From the NCBI GenBank assembly GCA_963782055.1, contig CAWAIF010000003.1, positions 3,648,001-3,712,000 on the forward strand: a stretch of 64,000 bases of DNA, written 5' to 3'. This DNA comes from an uncultured delta proteobacterium. Lineage in GTDB: Bacteria > Myxococcota_A > Polyangia > Polyangiales > Polyangiaceae. The position numbers and the translations under genes are program-made. The notes beneath the pieces were generated by a model. It was not told where the DNA came from. It worked only from the letters and a program-made list of their open reading frames with translations, and made no database searches. This document shows positions 52,615 to 62,878 of the stretch, piece by piece (the first letter of the stretch is position 1; each line of letters begins with the position of its first letter).

Positions 52615-52941
52615 TCTCTTCCTCATCACAAGCTGGTGGCCTATCGGGTCGCGGTGGAGCTGCTCGTCGCGGTGCGTGCGGCTGGCGTGCGCGACGCGAA
52701 GCTGCGCGACGAGGCGATGCGCGCCGCGAAGAGCGCGTGCCTCAACGCGGCGGAGGGCGCGGGACGGGTGACGCGGCGGGACAAGGCGCGGGCGTTCGCG
52801 ATCGCGCGGGGCGAGGCGGTCGAGGCGGTGGCTGCGGTGGAGATCGCCGCGGCCGCCGGCGAGGCGGACGCCGCTGCGGCGGAGCGGTGCGTGCGCATCG
52901 CTGATCGACTCGTGGCGCTGCTCACCGGCCTCACCCGGTGA
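52588..52941 (+). CDS. Four-helix-bundle protein (23S rRNA IVP / Avd-like)
   Basis: KLVAY..A.EL, LRDEAMRAAKSACLNAAEG, F.IARGEA.E, LVALLTGL. Confidence 0.85.
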   Translation: MTDQDTTPRSLPHHKLVAYRVAVELLVAVRAAGVRDAKLRDEAMRAAKSACLNAAEGAGRVTRRDKARAFAIARGEAVEAVAAVEIAAAAGEADAAAAERCVRIADRLVALLTGLTR

Positions 52942-52960
52942 CACGCTCGCTCGCGCCTTT

Positions 52961-53126
52961 CGCTCACGCGCTCGCGCCCGCGCCCGCGCTCGCCCTCGCG
53001 CCCGCGCTCGCCCTCGCGCCCGCCCTCGCGCCCGCCCTCGCGCCCGCGCTCGCCCTCGCGCCCGCCCTCGCGCCCGCCCTCGCGCCCGCGCTCGCCCTCG
53101 CGCCCGCCCTCGCCCTCGCGCCCGCG
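52961..53126. repeat. C-rich hexamer tandem array (CTCGCG/CCCGCG/CTCGCC/CCCGCC)
   Basis: Read directly from the sequence; about 27 units. Confidence 0.95.
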
Positions 53127-53127
53127 G

Positions 53128-53186
53128 CACCTGGGCTGGGGCGAGGGTCGGGGCTGGGGTCGGGGCTGGGATCGGGGGATGGGGCT
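53128..53186. repeat. Junction motif plus short G-rich hexamer array
   Basis: CACCTGGGCTGGGGCGAGGGTCGGGG followed by GGGGCT/GGGGTC units. Confidence 0.9.
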
Positions 53187-53246
53187 TTCGGGACCGCCCC
53201 GCGCGATGGCGGAAGCCGGCGGCGTGCCGGCTCCCGCGATCGCGGT

Positions 53247-53570
53247 TCAGTGGCCGCCGACCAGACGCACCAGCGTGCCGAGCACGTGATCGAACCGCCC
53301 GCGCAGCTCGGGGTCGAGCTCCTCCACGTACCCGAGCGCCGAGGCGACCTCGAAACACGAGAGCACCTCGCGCAGCGACCCCAGCGCGTTGTGATAGCGC
53401 GCCTTCCGGTTGCGACCCTGCGAGTACATGCCCTCGCCCACGTTCAGCGGCCCGCTCGCCAGCGCCCTGCGACACTGCCGAGCCAGATCCGGATCGTGCC
53501 TCTCGAGCTGCCGCACCATCGGCGCCAGCGCACGCACCAGTTCGAGCAACACCGGGTAGATTCGAAGCAT
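53247..53570 (-). CDS. Four-helix-bundle protein (23S rRNA IVP / Avd-like), second copy
   Basis: AAGGAG RBS; LRIY, DLARQCRRALASGPLNVGEG, ALGSLRE..CFEVASALGY. Confidence 0.85.
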   Translation of the reverse strand: MLRIYPVLLELVRALAPMVRQLERHDPDLARQCRRALASGPLNVGEGMYSQGRNRKARYHNALGSLREVLSCFEVASALGYVEELDPELRGRFDHVLGTLVRLVGGH

Positions 53571-53623
53571 CGAGCGACTCCTTGTTCGCGCCCGCGCCCG
53601 CTGCGCGGGGGCACCCGCCCAAC

Positions 53624-53750
53624 CCCGCCGCGCGCAGGAGTCCGCAAGGCTGCGAGCGACAGCGAGCACCGCCCGGAGCCGCGCGCAGGGCGCGAAGCGC
53701 CCGAGCACGGCGAGGACGGCCCCGGCCTTGCGGACTCCGAGCACGGCGGG
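53624..53750. repeat. Inverted repeat upstream of four-helix-bundle gene 2
   Basis: GGAGTCCGCAAGGC (53637-53650) / GCCTTGCGGACTCC (53725-53738) perfect; outer CCCGCCG / CGGCGGG. Confidence 0.88.
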
Positions 53751-53778
53751 AGCATGCCCTCCCCCGAGCGAGCCCTTC

Positions 53779-53938
53779 CTCTCCCGCTCTCCCTCCCGCT
53801 CTCGCGCTCCCTCTCCCTCTCCCTCTCGCTCTCGCTCTCGCGCCCGCTCTCCCTCTCGCTCTCGCGCTCCCTCTCGCGCCCGCTCTCGCTCTCGCGCTCC
53901 CTCTCCCTCTCGCTCTCGCTCTCGCGCCCGCTCTCGCT
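53779..53938. repeat. Pyrimidine-rich hexamer tandem array (CTCTCG/CTCTCC/CGCTCC)
   Basis: Read directly from the sequence. Confidence 0.95.
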
Positions 53939-53940
53939 GT

Positions 53941-54074
<134 letters not shown>

Positions 54075-54087
54075 TATGCTACGCCGC

Positions 54088-54696
54088 GTGACCCTCTCCC
54101 TCGGCTCCCTGTGGGATGACGGCGCGCTGGCCCGCGCGTTCGTCGTCCTCGCCGCGCTCGCCATCGCCGGTCTCCTCGCGGCGCTCGTGCGGTCCCGCAC
54201 CGGCCACATCAACGAGCCGGCGTTCGCTGCCCAGCTGCGCAAGCTGGTGACGGCCGGCAATCCGGACCGGGCGATCAAGCTGTGCCACGTCGCGGACTAC
54301 CCCGTCGCCCTCGTCGCGCGCGCCGGGCTGGAGGCGGCGCGCGCTGCGGTGCGCGGGGACGCGATCGAGCTCGGCGCGGGCTACCGGGAGCCGGGGGCCC
54401 GCGATCCGGCCTCCGTCGCTCGCGCCGCGATGAACGCGATGCGCGGCGACGCACGCGCCAACCCGACGCGCGGCTTCCTCCCCGCCAGGGTGCTGGGGGG
54501 GGTCGCCTGCGCGCTGGGCGTGGCCGTGGCGTGGCTGGAGCCAGGATCGACGCCGACGGCCATGCTGATGGTGTCGGGTATCGTCCTCCTGCTCTTCGTG
54601 ACCTGGCAGGTGGCGCGCTCCGACGCGCGCGGGATCGCCGCGGTGACCAGGACCGTCGCGGAGCTCGCCGAGCACCCGGGCATGCGCGCGCAGTAG
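54088..54696 (+). CDS. Hypothetical membrane protein (weak MotA/ExbB-like N-terminus)
   Basis: TM, QLRKLVTAGNPDRAIKLC, two further TMs; TATGCT 7 nt before the GTG. Confidence 0.55.
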   Translation: MTLSLGSLWDDGALARAFVVLAALAIAGLLAALVRSRTGHINEPAFAAQLRKLVTAGNPDRAIKLCHVADYPVALVARAGLEAARAAVRGDAIELGAGYREPGARDPASVARAAMNAMRGDARANPTRGFLPARVLGGVACALGVAVAWLEPGSTPTAMLMVSGIVLLLFVTWQVARSDARGIAAVTRTVAELAEHPGMRAQ

Positions 54697-54718
54697 CGAC
54701 GCGAGCCGACGGCGGAGC

Positions 54719-56309
54719 TCAGGCGAGCGGCCCGACCACCTGCTCCGCGGCGTCCACCAGCGACCGGTCGGCGACGATGCCGGCCACCGCCTCGATGTCG
54801 CGATAGAGCGGGCGGTCCTCGGTCATGGGGGTGACGTACCGGCGCACCTTCGCGAGGGCCGCGCGGACGCCCTTCGCCGGCACGAGCGGCTTGCGCTGGT
54901 CCAGGCCGGCCGCCGCCGTCATGATCTCGATGGCGAGCGCGCTCCGGACGTTGTCCACGATCGTCCTCAGCTTGAGCGCGCTGATCGAGCCCATGCTCAC
55001 GTGATCCTCCTTGCCCGCCGACGACGGGATGGAGTCCACCGACGCCGGGTGGCAGAGCACCTTGTTCTCGCTGACGAGGGAGGCGGAGGCCACCTGCGCG
55101 ATCATGAAGCCGGAGTGCAGGCCGCTGCCGGCGGCGAGGAAGGGCGTCAGGCCGGTGGAGAGCGCCGGGTTGACGAGCTGCTCGACGCGCCGCTCGCTGA
55201 TGTCCGCCAGCTCCGCCACGGCGATGGCGGCGAAGTCCAGCGCGAGGGCCAGCGGCTGGCCGTGGAAGTTGCCGCCGCTGATCAGAATCCGCGGCGCCGT
55301 CCTCGGTGAGGAAGACGCTCGGGTTGTCGGTCACGCTGTTCAGCTCGCGCGAGAGCACCTCGCGCACGAAGGCCAGCGCGTCGCGCGTGGCGCCGTGCAC
55401 CTGGGGCATGCACCGCAGGGAGTAGGCGTCCTGCACCTTCCCGCAGTGCTTGTGGCTCTCCATGATCTCGCTGTCGGTGAGCATGGCGCGGAGGTTCTTG
55501 GCCACCACGAACTGCCCCGGATGCGGGCGGGCGACGTGCAAGCGCTCGTCGAAGGGCCGTGCGGTGCCCTTGAGCGCCTCCAGGCTCATCGCGCCGGCGA
55601 CGTCCGCCGCGGTGGCGAGGCGCTCGGCGTCCAGCAGCGCGAGGGTGCCCAGGGCGGCCATGAGCTGCGTGCCGTTGATGAGGGCCAGCCCCTCCTTCGC
55701 CTCGAGGACCACAGGCTCGATGCCGGCGCTCTTCAGCGCCGCGGCAGAGGGCTGCCAGCGGGGCTCCGGGAGCCCCTCGACCCCGTGCGCGGCAGGGCCT
55801 TCCAGGTGCGCCGCCTCCCCCTCCCCGATCATCGCCAGCGCCAGGTGCGCGAGGGGCGCCAGGTCTCCGGAGGCCCCGACCGACCCACGCGAGGGGATGC
55901 GCGGGACGACACCGCGGTTGAGCATCTCCACCAGGACATCGACCACCGCGGGGCGCACCCCGGAGTGGCCGAGCGCGAGGACCTGCGCGCGAAGGAGCAT
56001 CATCCCGCGCACGACCGCGGGCTCCAGCGGAGCGCCGACGCCCGTCGAGTGCGAGCGGACCAGGTTCCTCTGCAGGGCGCGGATGTCGTGGGCGGAGATC
56101 CGCGTCTCGCTCAGCGCACCGAAGCCGGTGTTGACGCCATAGACGTTGGGCGCCGCGTCCCCGGCGGCGGCGATGGCGTCGACGGCGGCGCGCGACCGGC
56201 GCACGCGCTCGCGGGCCTCGGATCCGAGCTCCACCGGCCGCCCGCGACGCGCCACGTCCTCCAGATCGGCGAGCTGGAGGGGACGGCCTAGAGACACCGC
56301 GGACGCCAT
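54719..56309 (-). pseudogene. hutH: Histidine ammonia-lyase with a 1-nt frameshift at ~55286 (pseudogene or sequence error)
   Basis: VYGVNTGFG, GSVGASGDLAPLAH (MIO), KEGLALING, QDAYSLRC, DNP in one frame; [21 protein letters not shown] in another. Confidence 0.9.
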
Positions 56310-56363
56310 GGCGCCGTCGTATACCATCGCCGCCGCGAAGGCGCCTGTACTATGCTGCGCGCG

Positions 56364-58145
56364 ATGGTGAAGACGGCCCGCCGCCTCGAAGCTGCAGCAA
56401 CGGCCTTCCTCTTGCTCGGTTTCGCGTCCGTGGTGCCCACGGCGGCCCGCGCGGAGGAACCCAAGGGAGCCGCTGCCCCACCCCCCGCCAAGGCGGTGCC
56501 GGCGGCTGCGGCGCCCACCGTCCCGGAGGACCTGCCGCGTCTGGTGGACGACACCGGCCGCTTCCAGTTCCCCAAGTCCAGGACCGACCGGCTCACCATC
56601 CAGATGCACGGCGAGATGCAGCTGCGCGGTCAGGTGATGGGGTCCATCCCGCTCACGCTCACCGCCGGCACGCTCGACGCGAACCCCGGCGCCATCGAGG
56701 GCTCGCTGGGCCAGAAGGCCTACATCACGCAGTGGGTGCGCCTCACGCCGGAGCTGCAGTACCGCAAGTGGCTGAAGGTCGTCGCCCAGCTCAACCTGTT
56801 CCAGGGCTACGTCTTCGGCGACCAGACGCACGAGGTGTGGGCGGACCAGCAGCCGCGCGACAACTCCGGCGACGCCTGGAGCTACGTGCAGCTCCGCTGG
56901 CTGTATGCCGAGCTGCTCACCAAGATCGGCCTCTTCCGCGTGGGCCAGCAGAGCAACCACTGGGGGATGGGGATCCTCGCCAACGACGGCGACCACCCGT
57001 CCTTCTTCGGCGACTACCACGGCGGCAACCTGGTCGAGCAGGTGCTCTTCGCCACCAAGCCGGCGGGCATCGACAGCCCGTACGTCCTCGCCCTCGGCGG
57101 CGACCTCGTCTACTCCGATCCGCAGGCCCGGCTGACACGCGGTGACATCGCGGTGCAGGGCGTGCTCGCCGGCTACTACCAGAAGGGTCCGAACCTGCTC
57201 GGCGTCTTTGCCACGATCCGCAGCCAGACCACCAGCAAGCAGTCCATGTCGGACATCTACGGCTACTCCGACGACATCGTCGCGGGGGTGGTGGACGTCG
57301 CCGGCCACTTCGCGCAGCCGGTGCCCGGCAGCCCGACGGCCTACGTCTACGGCGGGGCCGAGGCCGCCTTCGTGCTCGGGTCCACCAACGAGCTGCGTCA
57401 ACCCGATCAGGCCCTCACCGGCGACAAGACGCGCATCGCCTCCTACGGCGGCGCGGCCAGCCTGGGGGTCGTTCACGCGCGGCGGTGCGGCGACTGCAAG
57501 CGCAACCCCCCGGTGCCGATGCAGAAGTCCCCCCTCGCCGAGAGCGACGAGCCGGACACCTGGGGCGACGTGGCCGCGCAGGTGGAGGTGGGGTACGCCT
57601 CGGGCGACGCCAACCCCTACGACACCACCGAGCACCGCTTCACCTTCGACCCCAACCACCGCGTCGGTCTGGTCCTCTTCGACGAGGTGATGCGCTGGGA
57701 GACGGCGCGCTCCGCCGTCGCGGCGCAGGACCCGCTGCTGCAGAACGGCAACCGGCCGACGCCGGGCGTCAACCTGCTGCCCTCCAACGGCGGCGTCTTC
57801 GGCGCGCAATACGTGTATCCTACAATCGTCGTGCGACCGCGACCGTGGCTGGACCTCAAGGCGGGCGCCGTGTTCGCGCAGACCACCGCCGACCTCGTCG
57901 ACCCTTACCGCCTCGCGACGTCCGGGTCGTACGTCAACTACCGCGGTGGGGAGCCGCGCCGCCACGATCTGGGCATCGAGCTGGATGGCGGCTTCGAGTT
58001 CCGCATCCGCCTGGATCGCTCGCTGCGCCTGCAGCTCGGCGCGCAGGGCGGCGTCTTGTTCCCGGGGGGCGCCTTCGATGACGCCGCCGGCCAGACGATG
58101 CGTACGCCCTGGCTCGCCCAGGCGCGCGTCGGACTGCAGTTTTGA
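56364..58145 (+). CDS. Outer-membrane beta-barrel protein (alginate-export-like)
   Basis: Signal peptide (ARA), WGMGILANDG, GYASGD, amphipathic strands, C-terminal Phe. Confidence 0.75.
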   Translation: MVKTARRLEAAATAFLLLGFASVVPTAARAEEPKGAAAPPPAKAVPAAAAPTVPEDLPRLVDDTGRFQFPKSRTDRLTIQMHGEMQLRGQVMGSIPLTLTAGTLDANPGAIEGSLGQKAYITQWVRLTPELQYRKWLKVVAQLNLFQGYVFGDQTHEVWADQQPRDNSGDAWSYVQLRWLYAELLTKIGLFRVGQQSNHWGMGILANDGDHPSFFGDYHGGNLVEQVLFATKPAGIDSPYVLALGGDLVYSDPQARLTRGDIAVQGVLAGYYQKGPNLLGVFATIRSQTTSKQSMSDIYGYSDDIVAGVVDVAGHFAQPVPGSPTAYVYGGAEAAFVLGSTNELRQPDQALTGDKTRIASYGGAASLGVVHARRCGDCKRNPPVPMQKSPLAESDEPDTWGDVAAQVEVGYASGDANPYDTTEHRFTFDPNHRVGLVLFDEVMRWETARSAVAAQDPLLQNGNRPTPGVNLLPSNGGVFGAQYVYPTIVVRPRPWLDLKAGAVFAQTTADLVDPYRLATSGSYVNYRGGEPRRHDLGIELDGGFEFRIRLDRSLRLQLGAQGGVLFPGGAFDDAAGQTMRTPWLAQARVGLQF

Positions 58146-58158
58146 GGCGGAGGTCACC

Positions 58159-61100
58159 ATGAGCATCAAGCGAATCCTCCTGCTCGGCGCCGCCACCGCG
58201 TGGCTCGGCACGTCGTGCACCGTGGACACCATCCCCGACACGCTGGGCGCCACTCCGTCCGGGCCCGGCGCCACCATCGTCTTCCAGCCGACGGCGCAGC
58301 CCCTGCCGCTGATCCCCCTGCCCAACGACGTCGCCACCTTCGCCGACCCGACGAGCCGCACCGGCCGCCGCATCAACGCGAGCATCTTCGCGCCCACGCA
58401 GATGGAGCAGATCGCCCGCATGGGCTTCGACGACATGGAGGGCTGGGGCACCTACGCGCCCATCACCGTCCAGTTCGACAAGCCGCCCGGCGCCGATCCG
58501 TCCAAGCCCGCGCTGGACCTGGACAACATCATCTCGCGGATGCAGCACGACGACTACCGCTTCGACAACGACCCGGTCTACCTCGTCAACCTGAAGACCG
58601 GCGTGCCGATGGTCCTGGACGTCGGGGACGGCAACTTCCCCTACACCGTGCGCGATCCGTACCGCTACTGGCCCAACGACCCGCACGTCGCCAGCGACAA
58701 CCTGCTCTTCGACCCGCGCGAGGAGGGCAAGGGCCTCTTGCCGGGCAACTACACGCCGGCGCTGGACACCGACTTCGACGGCGTGCTCGACCACCCCAAC
58801 ACCTGGGGCCCGGCCAAGCAGTGGGAGGGGATCGACAACCTCCTCACCTGGTACGAGCGGGAGACCGACACCCTCATCGTGCGGCCGCTGCTGCCGCTGG
58901 AGGAGAAGACGGAGTACGCCGTCGTGCTGACCGACAGGCTGACGGGCTCCGACGGCAACCCGGTCAAGAGCCCCTTCGCGCAGGTCTACCACCCGCAGCA
59001 GCGCGAGTCGGTCAAGGTGCTGGAGAGCATCCTCTCCGACGCCTCCCGCAAGAACTACTACGGAGACATCGCCGGCACCGGCCTGCGGCACGTCGCCTTC
59101 GCGTGGACCTTCACCACGCAGCCGACGATCGAGGACATGATCCTCCTGCGCGACGGCCTCTACGGAAAGGGCCCCTTCGCGCGGTTCAAGGACGAGTACC
59201 CGCCGAAGGTGACGCTGCTGCGCGCCGCGGGGAAGGTCAGCGGCGCCGACCAGCCGGCGGACTGGACGAGCGACCCCATCTGCGCGGAGCGCGCGAAGCA
59301 CCCGTACACGGTCTACATCAACGACGCCGACATCCATCAGAGCTTCCTCACGCTCTACAAGGAGGTCTTCGGCTACGACCCCGGCGACGTGAAGGCGCTC
59401 GACGAGGCCAACACCAACGTCGACCACGTCGTCATCGGCACCTACCAGACCCCCTTCCTGGAGGGTGACCCGAAGGGGCAGGACCCCGACGCCCGCTTCC
59501 ACCTGAACTTCAAGACCGGCGAGGGTGACGTCCGCCCGGACACGGCCAGCTTCATGATGGTCATCCCGAAGGCGACCAAGCAGTTCCACCAGCCCTTCCC
59601 CATCGCGCTGTTCGGTCACGGCGTGGGCGGCAACGACACCGAGGCGCTGCTCTACGGCGGCGACTACGCCCGCAACGGCGTCGCCACGGTGACGATCAAC
59701 ATGCCGCAGCACGGCCTGCCCGACGTCAACGACACGGTGCTCGCCAAGACGGAGCTGAGCCAGCGGTGCCTGGTGCCGTGGGTGGACGCCATCTTCACCG
59801 GCCGCGCGCTCGACCGGAACGGTGACGGCTTCGCCGACCCGGGCTGGTGGTGGTGGACGAGCCACATCGCCAACGTCCGCGACAACGTCCGGCAGGGCAC
59901 CCTCGACGAGATGCAGTTCACCCGCATCCTGCGCACCTTCGACGGCAAGACGATGAGCGGGCAGGACTACAACGGGGACGGCAAGGAGGACCTCGCCGGC
60001 GACTTCGACGGCGATGGCGTGCCGGACATCGGCGGCCCGGACGTGGGCATCTACGCCTCCGGCGAGTCGCTCGGCGGCATCATGAGCGAGGTCCAGGGCG
60101 GCATCGACCACCAGCTCACCGGCACCATGCCCATGTCCGGCGGCGGCGGCCTGACCGACATCGGCCTGCGCTCCTACGGCGTGACCGAGTCCTTCAACCA
60201 GCTCATGGGGCCGCTCGTCATCGCCATCCCGGCCTCGCAGCGCCCGCCGAACAAGGACGGCCCGCGGACGAACTGCACCGACACGCAGATGAGCGTGCGC
60301 ATGTTCGCCGAGGACGGCGACGACGTGCCGGAGGTGGAGCTCGCGTGCCTGAACGCCGACGAGGACGCCGCCAACATGACCGTGGTGGTGACCAACATCG
60401 CCACCGGGGAGCGGCACTGCGCGGGCACGCTCGCCGACGGCGGCTTCCGCGTGCCCATCGGCGCGACGTACCTCGACCCGCTCGACATCCAGATCTTCAA
60501 CGCGCCGAACGCCGTGGACTCCTGGGCGAAGTGCGACGTGCTCGACTCCGCGCCGGTGGGTCGCGACATCCGCAAGTTCGAGCAGAAGGCGTCCGTCTAT
60601 CACACCATCTCCGGTGACTCCGCCCCCTGCCCCGACACCGCGACCGAGGGCTGCGCGCAGTTCATGAACCGCTTCTTCCCGGTCGGCTCGCCGCTCGTCG
60701 CGGTGCAGGACGGCATGGGCTACGCGCGCAACACCCCGCAGTTCCGCCGCTTCTGGAACCTGGCGCAGGCCGGCGTGGATCCCGCCGACCCGATCAACTT
60801 CGCGCCGTACTACATGCTGCGCACGCTGCCTGATCCGGACGGCAACCCCTCACCACCGCGCGCGCTCATCGGCGTCAACACGGTGGGCGACGGCTTCGTC
60901 GACATCGAGACCGGCGTCGCCTTCGCGCGGGCGGCGGGGGCGATCCCCTTCCTCCCGCCGGACGATCTCGGCCTCTACCCGGAGTACGCCGACTACGTCA
61001 CCCCGAAGGCGCTCTACGATCAGTACGGCGGTCGCACGCCCAACCAGGTGCTCATCGACGACAACGTCGTCGAGGGCGTCGCGCGCCTGGCGCGGCACCC

Positions 61101-61608
61101 GGCGGGCCCTGCCTGCGGCGTCAACTACGACACCTCCGATCCGGTGACCTGCCCCAAGACGCCGGTACCCGACCCGACGACCTGCAAGAACACCCTCTAC
61201 GACGTGGACTGGGTGAGCGAGGGCCGGCAGAAGTACGACGCGCAGCACCCGCCGGTGCCCCTGCGCCTGGCGCGCATCGCCGGCATGCACGTCGACCCGA
61301 ACGACCCCTCGTCCCTGGAGCGGGCCTGGGCGCCGCGGCTGCAGGGTGTCCCCTTCTCCGCTGACGCCACCGCGTGGCAGGCGACCGACAAGGTGCTCGG
61401 CGTGCTCAACGTCTACGCCGAGCCAGGCGGCAAGCACACGTGGGACGCGCCGGACGCGTGCAAGCTCTGGGACGAGGCCACGTGGGGCGACAACCTGATG
61501 GGCCGCTTCTTCCGCAGCGGCGGGACCGATCCCTACTACCTGTCTCATCCGTCGACGCACGAGTGTCTGGAGACGCTCGACTGCGACTACATGCTCCAGC
61601 AGAAGTAG
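58159..61608 (+). CDS. Large lipoprotein alpha/beta-hydrolase (lipase-like) with Ca-binding loops
   Basis: GGAGG RBS, lipobox GTSC, IPLPND, FGHG, GESLGG (GxSxG), DxNGDG repeats, C-terminal GKH. Confidence 0.8.
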   Translation: MSIKRILLLGAATAWLGTSCTVDTIPDTLGATPSGPGATIVFQPTAQPLPLIPLPNDVATFADPTSRTGRRINASIFAPTQMEQIARMGFDDMEGWGTYAPITVQFDKPPGADPSKPALDLDNIISRMQHDDYRFDNDPVYLVNLKTGVPMVLDVGDGNFPYTVRDPYRYWPNDPHVASDNLLFDPREEGKGLLPGNYTPALDTDFDGVLDHPNTWGPAKQWEGIDNLLTWYERETDTLIVRPLLPLEEKTEYAVVLTDRLTGSDGNPVKSPFAQVYHPQQRESVKVLESILSDASRKNYYGDIAGTGLRHVAFAWTFTTQPTIEDMILLRDGLYGKGPFARFKDEYPPKVTLLRAAGKVSGADQPADWTSDPICAERAKHPYTVYINDADIHQSFLTLYKEVFGYDPGDVKALDEANTNVDHVVIGTYQTPFLEGDPKGQDPDARFHLNFKTGEGDVRPDTASFMMVIPKATKQFHQPFPIALFGHGVGGNDTEALLYGGDYARNGVATVTINMPQHGLPDVNDTVLAKTELSQRCLVPWVDAIFTGRALDRNGDGFADPGWWWWTSHIANVRDNVRQGTLDEMQFTRILRTFDGKTMSGQDYNGDGKEDLAGDFDGDGVPDIGGPDVGIYASGESLGGIMSEVQGGIDHQLTGTMPMSGGGGLTDIGLRSYGVTESFNQLMGPLVIAIPASQRPPNKDGPRTNCTDTQMSVRMFAEDGDDVPEVELACLNADEDAANMTVVVTNIATGERHCAGTLADGGFRVPIGATYLDPLDIQIFNAPNAVDSWAKCDVLDSAPVGRDIRKFEQKASVYHTISGDSAPCPDTATEGCAQFMNRFFPVGSPLVAVQDGMGYARNTPQFRRFWNLAQAGVDPADPINFAPYYMLRTLPDPDGNPSPPRALIGVNTVGDGFVDIETGVAFARAAGAIPFLPPDDLGLYPEYADYVTPKALYDQYGGRTPNQVLIDDNVVEGVARLARHPAGPACGVNYDTSDPVTCPKTPVPDPTTCKNTLYDVDWVSEGRQKYDAQHPPVPLRLARIAGMHVDPNDPSSLERAWAPRLQGVPFSADATAWQATDKVLGVLNVYAEPGGKHTWDAPDACKLWDEATWGDNLMGRFFRSGGTDPYYLSHPSTHECLETLDCDYMLQQK

Positions 61609-61690
61609 CGGCCGGCGCGCGGGCGCACGACTTCTTTACGCGCGGCGCCCCGGCGACGGTACGACGCGTGCAACGCACCGCGGCACGACC

Positions 61691-62854
61691 ATGCGACGTG
61701 GTGAATCGACGAGGAACACGCCTGGCGACGCGCCCGCGGCGGGGCGTGGCGTGGCAGTGGTGAGACGCCTTGCCCGGGAGGTCGACCGGCGCATCACCCG
61801 CGGCAACGCGCTGCCCCTCGCGTACACCCTCACCTTCGCCTGCGGCGCGGGCGACTACTTCACCGGCGCAGACGTCGCCTTCACCCTCGTGTACCTGGTC
61901 CCGATCGCGCTGGCCACCTGGTACCGCGCGCGCGTCCACGGCACGGTCGTGGCCGTCCTCTGCGCGTTCTTCGCCACCGGCATCGACGTGGACGACGCCA
62001 GGGCGCAGCACCACTCCCTGGGGCAGCAGCACATCGTCTGGAACGACGGCGGGAGCCTGGTGCTCTTCGTCCTCTTCGTCCTCATCCTGGACGCGCTCCG
62101 CGTCTACGTGCAGCGCGAGGAGCAGGACAAGCGGCTGGCGATCGACCAGCTCCGCCACGCCGAGCGTCTCAACGTGGTGGGCAAGCTCGCCGCCGGCGTC
62201 GCGCACGAGCTGGGCACGCCGCTCAACCTCGTGCTGGGCAACGCCGAGCTCATCGCCGAGGAGGCCGACGCGCCGGAGCCGGTGCGCGCCAGGGCCCGCA
62301 CCATCGTCGATCAGGTGGGGCGGATGACCCGGATCATCCGGCAGCTCCTCACCTTCGCCCGGAAGCGCGGCACTGCGACGGAGTCGGCGGACCTCGCTGC
62401 ATGCGTGCGGGAGGGCACGGCGCTGCTGGTGCCCATGGCGCGCAAGCAGGAGCTGGAGCTGGTCACCGAGATCGCCGACGGGCCCGTCATGGTCCGCGGC
62501 AGCGGCGTGGAGCTCGCGCAGGTGCTGAACAACCTGGTGATCAACGCCATCCAGGCGACGCCCTCCGGCGGGGAGGTGCGCGTCGCGTGCGCCGTGCGCC
62601 CGGGGGACGCGCGGCACCCCCCCACCGCCGCGATGACCGTCTCCGACACCGGCACCGGCATCGCGGCGGAGAACGTGACGCGCATCTTCGACCCCTTCTT
62701 CACCACGAAGGAGGTGGGCGTGGGCACCGGCCTGGGGCTCTCGGTCACGTACGGGATCGTGGAGGACTTCGGCGGGCGGATCGAGGTGGACAGCCGGCTG
62801 GGCGAGGGGACGAGGTTCACGGTGACCCTGCCGCTGGCCGGCGAGGATGCGTAG
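61691..62854 (+). CDS. Membrane sensor histidine kinase
   Basis: N-terminal TMs, AHELGTPL, NLVINA, DTGTG, FDPFFTTK, GTGLGL; start uncertain. Confidence 0.92.
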   Translation: MRRGESTRNTPGDAPAAGRGVAVVRRLAREVDRRITRGNALPLAYTLTFACGAGDYFTGADVAFTLVYLVPIALATWYRARVHGTVVAVLCAFFATGIDVDDARAQHHSLGQQHIVWNDGGSLVLFVLFVLILDALRVYVQREEQDKRLAIDQLRHAERLNVVGKLAAGVAHELGTPLNLVLGNAELIAEEADAPEPVRARARTIVDQVGRMTRIIRQLLTFARKRGTATESADLAACVREGTALLVPMARKQELELVTEIADGPVMVRGSGVELAQVLNNLVINAIQATPSGGEVRVACAVRPGDARHPPTAAMTVSDTGTGIAAENVTRIFDPFFTTKEVGVGTGLGLSVTYGIVEDFGGRIEVDSRLGEGTRFTVTLPLAGEDA

Positions 62855-62878
62855 CGCAGAGGACGCTCGCGCGAGCGG

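Noticed and set aside
54719..55219. Stand-alone 166-aa gene in the ORF track
   Set aside because: It is the C-terminal part of the frameshifted hutH.
61657..61672. CGGTACGACGCGTGCA as a sigma54 promoter
   Set aside because: GG-N10-GC spacing fits but the match is weak for such GC-rich DNA, and the gene start is uncertain.
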